Assembly (NCBI GenBank): GCA_964596505.1
Contig: CAZQUF010000001.1
Location: 1-37,485 of the forward strand
DNA length: 37,485 nucleotides
Origin: an uncultured Candidatus Saccharibacteria bacterium
GTDB lineage: Bacteria; Patescibacteriota; Minisyncoccia; Phycocordibacterales; UBA6065
Reading direction: 5' to 3'
The notes below the pieces were generated by a model. It was not told the origin of the DNA, did not search any database, and was given only the letters and a program-made list of their open reading frames with translations. Of the stretch, positions 32,359-37,485 are shown piece by piece (position 1 is the stretch's first letter; every line of letters starts with the position of its first letter). The position numbers were made by a program, and so were the translations under genes.

Positions 32359-32403
32359 AGGAAAGAATTTCTGTCATGAAATCTACTCCTTTTGGGCGAC
32401 CTG

Positions 32404-33303
32404 TCAAACTTTCCGTATCTGTCCGAGCCTTTCTTCTATGACGCCCGAAAGCTCGAGCTTCGATATGAGAGCGTTCGCCTCGGCGGCTTGTATGCCGAGA
32501 GCCTGGATGAGCCGATCGCGCGATCGCGGCTCGGCGAGGGCGGCGATGAGCCTCTGTTCGCTTTCGGTCAAATCTGGGCGCAGAGGGCGGATCTTCTCGG
32601 TCTCTGTATCTCGCGCCCTTGCCGCATCCTCGAGGCCGAGGGCGAATATGAGGTCCTCCGCGCATGCGATCGGCGTCGCGCCCTCGCGCATGTATTCGAA
32701 AGCTCCCTCGCTCTTCTTCGAGAATATCGAGCCAGGCACGACGAGGACGTCTCGATAGAAATCCATGGCGCGACGGGCGGTGATGAGCGTTCCCGACTGG
32801 GTAGCCGCTTCTATGACGAGCGTCGCGTGCGAAAGGCCCGCCATGATCGCGTTTCGATAGGGGAATGTCCACTTGTTTCCCATGACCGTCTTCTCAAAGG
32901 GCGAGAGGAGGCAGCCGCCTGCGGCGAGGATGCGCCGCGCGATGCCGATATGCGTCGGCGGATAGAGCATCTCGTCGGCAAGCCCCGAGCCGGGGACGGC
33001 GATCGTCTGCAATCCCGCCGCGAGTGCCGCCTCGTGGGCGATAGAATCGATGCCGAGAGCGAGGCCTGAGACGATGACCACCGGTAGACCGTGAAGGCCG
33101 GCGATGAGGGATTCGCAAGCGGCTTTGCCATATTCGCTGTATTGCCGCGAGCCGACGACAGTGAGGAATATATGGTCGTCAGAAGGCAAGTCGCCGCGAA
33201 TATAGATTTCTTTCGGCGGGTCATCCATGATCGTAACCGCCTCTTTTAAAAGGCGCGGATAGTCGGCGGGAAATATCGTTCGAATATTCTCGGTGGAATT
33301 CAT
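32404..33303 (-). CDS. dprA: DNA-processing protein DprA (Smf)
   Basis: VVGSRQYSEYGK, VIVSGLALGIDSIAHEAAL, TIAVPGSGL and the Rossmann-like core are present, with a C-terminal winged-helix-like tail. Confidence 0.88.
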   Translation of the reverse strand: MNSTENIRTIFPADYPRLLKEAVTIMDDPPKEIYIRGDLPSDDHIFLTVVGSRQYSEYGKAACESLIAGLHGLPVVIVSGLALGIDSIAHEAALAAGLQTIAVPGSGLADEMLYPPTHIGIARRILAAGGCLLSPFEKTVMGNKWTFPYRNAIMAGLSHATLVIEAATQSGTLITARRAMDFYRDVLVVPGSIFSKKSEGAFEYMREGATPIACAEDLIFALGLEDAARARDTETEKIRPLRPDLTESEQRLIAALAEPRSRDRLIQALGIQAAEANALISKLELSGVIEERLGQIRKV

Positions 33304-33378
33304 AGGCGAATCAGTGTACTATAGCGATATTAAGAAATGCTGAAGATTTCTCCTGAAATCTCCATTGCGACACGAACC

Positions 33379-34686
33379 ATGCTCGACATCAAATTCATCC
33401 GCGACAATCCAGACCTCGTCAAAGCCGGCGCCGCCAAGAAGCGCGTAAGGATCGATATAGACGCGCTCATCGCCGTCGACGACAAGAGGCGCCAGCTCTC
33501 GTCTTCGATCGAGGCGAAGCGCGCCGAGCAGAATCTCGTTTCCGCGAAGATCCCTTCTTCTACTCCTGAGATGAAGGCGACCCTCCTCGACGCCATGAAG
33601 AAGCTCAAGGCCGATATGCAAAAAGAGGAGGAAGACCTCAAGAAAGTCATGGTCGATTGGCAGGGCTTCATGCTCCGCGTGCCGAACATACCGGATATAT
33701 CCGTGCCTGAAGGCGATACGGATGAGGATAATAAAGAGGTCAAGGCCTGGGGCGACAAGACCGCCTTTGCTTTCGAGCCGAAAGACCATGTCGAGATCAT
33801 GACCGCTCTCAAGATGGTCGATTTCGAGCGCGGCGCCAAGGTCCACGGCTTCCGCGGCTACTACCTCACCGGCGACGGCGCGCGCCTCTCGTTCGCCATC
33901 TGGAATTACGCTCTCGAATTCTTTTCTAAGCGCGGCTTCACGCCGATCATCCCACCGGTCATCGTCCGCAAGGAGAATCTCTACGGCACGGCGCATCTTC
34001 CCGGCGATGTCGAAGACTACTATATGACTCAAGATGGCGATGCCCTCGCCGGTACGGCCGAAGTGCCTCTTATGGCCTACCATTCTGGCGAGACGCTCGA
34101 CCTCTCGGATTTTCCGGTGAAATATCTCGGCTTTTCTCCGTGCTTCCGTCGCGAGGCGGGCAGCCATTCGAAAGACGTCAAAGGCCTCATCCGCGTCCAT
34201 GAGTTCTATAAACTGGAACAAGTCGTCCTCTGTGAAGCTTCGCACGAGATCTCCGTCTCGCTCCACGAAGAGATCAATCGGAATACCGAAGAGTTCATCG
34301 AGTCTCTCGGTATTCCGTACCAGACCGTCGTGAACTGCGGCGCCGACCTTGGCCTTGGCCAGGTCAAGAAGTACGACATCAATCTCTGGGTGCCGAAGGA
34401 AGGGAAGTACCGCGAGATCTCGTCCGCATCCTATTTCCATGATTTCCAGTGCAGGCGATTCAATATCCGCTATCGCGATACCGAGAATAAATTGCGCTAC
34501 GCGCACTCGCTCAACTGCACCGCTATCCCGACGCCGCGCATCCTCGTCTCGCTTATAGAAAATAACCAGCAGGCCGACGGCTCGGTCCGCATTCCTGAAG
34601 CCCTTCGGCAGTATTTCGGATCCGACGTCATACGCAAGAAGGCGAAGGCGTTCGCCGACGTTCCGCCTGACGCTCCTCTCGCCTAA
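33379..34686 (+). CDS. serS: Seryl-tRNA synthetase
   Basis: ATG 33379 gives the canonical MLDIKFIRDNPDLV start. There is an N-terminal coiled coil and class-II motifs (FRREAGS, GLIRVHEF.K.E, YAHSLN.TA...R). ATG 33337 (14 extra codons) is an alternative start. Confidence 0.92.
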   Translation: MLDIKFIRDNPDLVKAGAAKKRVRIDIDALIAVDDKRRQLSSSIEAKRAEQNLVSAKIPSSTPEMKATLLDAMKKLKADMQKEEEDLKKVMVDWQGFMLRVPNIPDISVPEGDTDEDNKEVKAWGDKTAFAFEPKDHVEIMTALKMVDFERGAKVHGFRGYYLTGDGARLSFAIWNYALEFFSKRGFTPIIPPVIVRKENLYGTAHLPGDVEDYYMTQDGDALAGTAEVPLMAYHSGETLDLSDFPVKYLGFSPCFRREAGSHSKDVKGLIRVHEFYKLEQVVLCEASHEISVSLHEEINRNTEEFIESLGIPYQTVVNCGADLGLGQVKKYDINLWVPKEGKYREISSASYFHDFQCRRFNIRYRDTENKLRYAHSLNCTAIPTPRILVSLIENNQQADGSVRIPEALRQYFGSDVIRKKAKAFADVPPDAPLA

Positions 34687-34690
34687 CCAT

Positions 34691-35554
34691 ATGCGAGGGC
34701 AGGTCAAGATACACCAGAAGAAGCTCGCCGCCCGCCGCCGCAGGCGCGCCTTTCTCCTCACGCTCTACGCCGTGGCGGCGGCGGGCGGCCTTTTCTGTCT
34801 CCTCTCCTATATCTCGCAGCTCGACGCTCTCTCCATCTCCTCTGTCGTCGTCGAGGGCAACGACCGTCTCTCGTCCTCGACCGTCGAGATGGTCGCCCGC
34901 AAAGAGCTCGTCGGGAACTATGCGTCGTTCTTTTCGCGCGAAAACATCTTCATATATCCAAAGTCGAAGATCAGGGCCGATATCCTCGCTCTGCCCCTCG
35001 TCAAATCGGCGGAGGTCTCGGTCGGCGATAATCGGACGCTTCGCTTGGCGCTTTCTGAAAGACAAGAGACGGCTCTGTGGTGCTCCGACGCGCCGTCGGA
35101 GGCAGCGCTCAATTGCTACTCTGTCGACGGTGACGGCTTCGTGTTCGCGCCAGAACTCTCGGCATCGGTCGCGACATCGACGGGCGAGCTCGTCTATCGC
35201 GGTCTCGTCACGGGCGATCCTGTCGGACATGCATTTCTGAAGCCCGCTGACTTTCGCAAGATCGCCTTCTTCATGAGCGAGCTCTCAGGGCTCTCCGTCG
35301 AGCCCCGCGAGGTGGACCTCACCTCGTCCTCGGCTGATGCCAGCTCGACGCCTCTCGTGTACATGACGGTCGTCCTCGGCGGAGGCGGCACGCTCGTCAT
35401 AGATACCGCCGACGACCTATCATCCGTCCTTCGGAACATCGCCGCTATCGTGTCCGATAAAGCCATCGCTCCCGACCTCCCGAAATTCCTTTCCGAATTA
35501 GATTACATGAAGCTCGATGTGGGGAATAAGGTGGTGTATAAAATGAGACATTGA
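34691..35554 (+). CDS. ftsQ: FtsQ/DivIB-like cell-division protein (TM plus POTRA)
   Basis: A basic N-terminus and TM helix (AFLLTLYAVAAAGGLFCLLSYI) are followed by a POTRA-like block, ISSVVVEGNDRLSSSTVEMVA...IFIYPKSKIRADILALPLVKSAEVSV. Confidence 0.7.
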   Translation: MRGQVKIHQKKLAARRRRRAFLLTLYAVAAAGGLFCLLSYISQLDALSISSVVVEGNDRLSSSTVEMVARKELVGNYASFFSRENIFIYPKSKIRADILALPLVKSAEVSVGDNRTLRLALSERQETALWCSDAPSEAALNCYSVDGDGFVFAPELSASVATSTGELVYRGLVTGDPVGHAFLKPADFRKIAFFMSELSGLSVEPREVDLTSSSADASSTPLVYMTVVLGGGGTLVIDTADDLSSVLRNIAAIVSDKAIAPDLPKFLSELDYMKLDVGNKVVYKMRH

Positions 35555-35579
35555 CGGATCGTATATTTTGGAATATAGT
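35551..35579 (+). promoter_or_regulatory. Promoter (-35 TTGACG, 17 nt, -10 TATAGT)
   Basis: Read directly. The -35 overlaps the ftsQ stop codon. Confidence 0.5.
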
Positions 35580-35646
35580 ATAGAAAACATGGTTTTGTCG
35601 GGTGTCCCCGAAGAAATGCATGTCATGTACCTTAAGACGCAAACTT

Positions 35647-35949
35647 ATGCCCAAGTTCAACCTGACCGTCCCGCACCGTCTCTCGCAAGACGAAGCACTC
35701 AAGCGCACAAAAGGCTTGCTCGAGCAGGCGAAAAGACAGCACGGCGATAAGATCAAGAATCTGTCCGAAAGATGGGACGGCAATCGAGGCACATTCAGCT
35801 GCTCGATCGTTGGCTACTCCGTCGATGGGACGCTGACCATCGGCAAGGACCAGATCGTTCTCGATGGCACGCTTCCGTGGAAAGCCGTCATTCTCAAACC
35901 AGTCATCGCTTCCTTGATTCGAGGCGCAGCCGAAAAAGCGCTCGCTTGA
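35647..35949 (+). CDS. Small protein resembling the 'putative polyhydroxyalkanoic acid system protein' family (100 aa)
   Basis: MPKFNLTVPHRLSQDEALKRTKGLLEQAKRQHGDKI...W.GN.G.F...V.G....G.L.I....I.L.G.LP fits that family's pattern. The start was chosen at ATG 35647. Confidence 0.55.
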   Translation: MPKFNLTVPHRLSQDEALKRTKGLLEQAKRQHGDKIKNLSERWDGNRGTFSCSIVGYSVDGTLTIGKDQIVLDGTLPWKAVILKPVIASLIRGAAEKALA

Positions 35950-35959
35950 GAGGGGAGCC

Positions 35960-36274
35960 ATGGACCCTGATTCACAACCAAACGACGATACGCCCGACTG
36001 GGCCAAAAAGAACGGAGCGCTTGTCGTTTGGAAGCGGGAAGCGCCGTTCGGGAAGTTGAATGCGAGGGAAGTCCGTTTTATCGATATGGAAGCATCCTAT
36101 CGCGATAACGACACTGAGATGCCGATTTCGGGGGAGGACCTCTTAAAAAAGCTCACGGAGTCGGAGAAAGGATGGAGGTGTTTGGGTATATACCTTGTCA
36201 CCGTTCCGTCCAACGGTATTCCTTGCCAGAGATTAAAGGCGGCGATAGCGAGGTTCCCCATGCTCGCATATTGA
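35960..36274 (+). CDS. Hypothetical protein (104 aa)
   Basis: The ORF begins 10 nt after the previous stop and is followed by a strong terminator. No motif recognised. Confidence 0.45.
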   Translation: MDPDSQPNDDTPDWAKKNGALVVWKREAPFGKLNAREVRFIDMEASYRDNDTEMPISGEDLLKKLTESEKGWRCLGIYLVTVPSNGIPCQRLKAAIARFPMLAY

Positions 36275-36296
36275 AGTGGAATCTGCTCTCATCAAG

Positions 36297-36323
36297 GCTG
36301 TGGTTTATGACCACAGCTTTTTT
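36297..36323 (+). terminator. Rho-independent terminator
   Basis: GCTGTGG-TTTATGA-CCACAGC followed by TTTTTT. Confidence 0.7.
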
Positions 36324-36359
36324 ATGCATCTCTCGGCTCTTTGTGATAGGGTAGTTGCG

Positions 36360-37334
36360 ATGAAAGACATGAAGAGTAACTTTTGGAAAAGCCTTCCGGT
36401 CCCGTTCTTCGCTCTCGCGCCGATGGCCGATGTCACCGATGCGGCTTTTCGGCGGATCATCGCGAAATACGGCAAGCCGGACGTCTTCTGGACTGAATTC
36501 GTCTCGGCTGACGGGCTCTGCTCGCCCGGCCGCGCCGTGCTCATGCGCGACCTCGAATTTACCAAGGCCGAGAAGCCGATCGTCGCCCAGCTCTTCGGTT
36601 CGCATCCGGACAAGATGCGCGAGGCGGCCGCTCTCTGTCAGAAGCTCGGCTTCGACGGCATCGATATCAACATGGGCTGCCCCGACCGGTCGATAGAGAA
36701 GCAGGGCGCCGGAGCCGCCATGATGAAAACGCCGAAAAAAGCCCGCGAGATCATTCGCGCCGCCAAGGAAGGAGCGCCCGATCTGCCGATATCCGTCAAG
36801 ACGCGCATCGGCTATAGCAAGAACGAGATCGCGACCTGGATACCCGAGATTCTCGAGGAGGGCGTGGCCGCTCTCACTGTCCACTGTCGTACGCGAAAAG
36901 AGATGTCTCTCGTGCCCGCACGCTGGGAGCATATCCGCGAAGTCGTCGCGCTCCGCGACAAGCTCTCTCCTGGGACTCTGATCATCGGCAACGGGGACGT
37001 GCGCGACATCGCCGATGCTCGGGCCAAAGCCGCCGAGTTCGGCGCCGACGGCGTCATGCTCGGCAGGGCTATCTTCGGCAACCCGTGGCTCTTTTCCGAG
37101 ACTGTACCTTCTCTTTCTGAAAAGCTCGCTGTTCTGGTCGAGCATACGAAGCTTTTCGAAAAGCTCCTCGGCGATATCAAGAGTTTCGCTATTATGAAAA
37201 AGCACTACAAAGCCTACGTGAACGGCTTCGACGGGGCCAAAGAATTTCGCACCGAGCTTATGGAAGCCAAAGACGCCGCGGACGTGGGGAAGAAGGTCAA
37301 AGACTTCCTTAAAAAGAGGCCGGATATCGTTTAA
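36360..37334 (+). CDS. dus: tRNA-dihydrouridine synthase
   Basis: ATG 36360 follows the terminator. FALAPMADVTDAAFRRI, DINMGCP, VKTRIG, LTVHCRT and GNGDV are canonical Dus/TIM-barrel FMN motifs. Confidence 0.88.
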   Translation: MKDMKSNFWKSLPVPFFALAPMADVTDAAFRRIIAKYGKPDVFWTEFVSADGLCSPGRAVLMRDLEFTKAEKPIVAQLFGSHPDKMREAAALCQKLGFDGIDINMGCPDRSIEKQGAGAAMMKTPKKAREIIRAAKEGAPDLPISVKTRIGYSKNEIATWIPEILEEGVAALTVHCRTRKEMSLVPARWEHIREVVALRDKLSPGTLIIGNGDVRDIADARAKAAEFGADGVMLGRAIFGNPWLFSETVPSLSEKLAVLVEHTKLFEKLLGDIKSFAIMKKHYKAYVNGFDGAKEFRTELMEAKDAADVGKKVKDFLKKRPDIV

Positions 37335-37387
37335 ATGCCTAAGAATAAGGGTTTGTACGGAAACTGTTTGGGAACGGAGCATCTTTG

Positions 37388-37415
37388 TTGACAAATTCTA
37401 CTAGTATGCTATGAT
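37388..37415 (+). promoter_or_regulatory. Near-consensus promoter at the window edge (-35 TTGACA, 16 nt, -10 TATGAT)
   Basis: Read directly. Only a 14-codon ORF follows within the remaining 70 nt, so the transcribed product is unknown or off-window. Confidence 0.5.
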
Positions 37416-37485
37416 ACATGTCGAATAAGACAGGCACACCAAACCCTCATTTTAATATTTAGATCCATCTGAAAGAAGAAGCCCC

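Noticed and set aside
33304-33378. T-box or other riboswitch leader upstream of serS (small hairpin AGATTTC-TCCT-GAAATCT)
   Set aside because: Only about 75 nt are available, far shorter than a T-box. There is no specifier, T-box or terminator/antiterminator arrangement.
33319-34761. 480-aa antisense ORF opposite serS. Similar long antisense ORFs are 36198..37394 (dus), 18421..19383 (rarA), 30677..31726 and 29516..30373 (topA), 3095..3832 and 3923..4744 (infB), 12500..13324 (peptidase) and 10990..11604 (alr).
   Set aside because: Each lies opposite a gene with strong family motifs. Their composition is low-complexity (R/G/D/E/A/L/H-rich) and they lack start-site signals. They were treated as non-coding.
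1-37485. CRISPR arrays, rRNA genes, IS elements with terminal inverted repeats, reverse transcriptase/DGR repeats
   Set aside because: Scanning the intergenic regions and the ORF list by eye showed no regularly spaced short repeats, no rRNA-like sequence, no transposase or RT ORF, and no template/variable-type repeat pair. A computational self-alignment would be needed to exclude short diverged repeats.

Overview
A GC-rich bacterial chromosomal window of about 37.5 kb. Most of it is recognisable housekeeping genes: infB-rbfA, a class-V cysteine desulfurase, clpB, alr, rpmG, rarA, miaA, parB, topA, dprA, serS, ftsQ-like and dus. I folded eight tRNA genes by hand: Lys-CTT, Leu-TAA, Cys-GCA, Tyr-GTA, Trp-CCA x2, Pro-CGG and Leu-CAA. 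Several accessory segments look more AT-rich by eye. (1) At the left edge, a large serine recombinase converges on and overlaps tRNA-Lys, and a free-standing LAGLIDADG endonuclease sits between rbfA and tRNA-Cys. (2) At 13.8-18.4 kb there is an accessory block: a GNAT / histidine-phosphatase / GNAT operon, a perfectly duplicated tRNA-Trp plus promoter bracketing a beta-helix-repeat gene cassette, and a 5'-truncated histidine-phosphatase remnant. (3) At 19.7-25.9 kb, an orphan module follows a tRNA 3'-end-like fragment. It encodes a CorA-like two-TM membrane protein and a very large helical protein with no recognisable domain. That large protein is split into 951-aa and 686-aa ORFs exactly at a G7 homopolymer, and removing one G would fuse them. 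This is my best candidate for an undescribed system. (4) An AT-rich P-loop kinase gene sits between tRNA-Leu and tRNA-Pro in a mixed tRNA/mRNA transcription unit with miaA. Other sequence-level observations are a roughly 115-nt strand-specific stem structure filling the infB leader and a recurrent -10 hexamer exactly 6 nt before ATG (leaderless-mRNA signature). Seven of the eight tRNAs also carry a conserved CA-N trailer instead of an encoded CCA. No CRISPR array, rRNA gene or transposase was seen. The many long antisense ORFs are treated as GC-driven shadow ORFs. The short IF-2, LAGLIDADG gene and small proteins are reminiscent of small-genome uncultured bacteria, but taxonomy cannot be established from this window alone.
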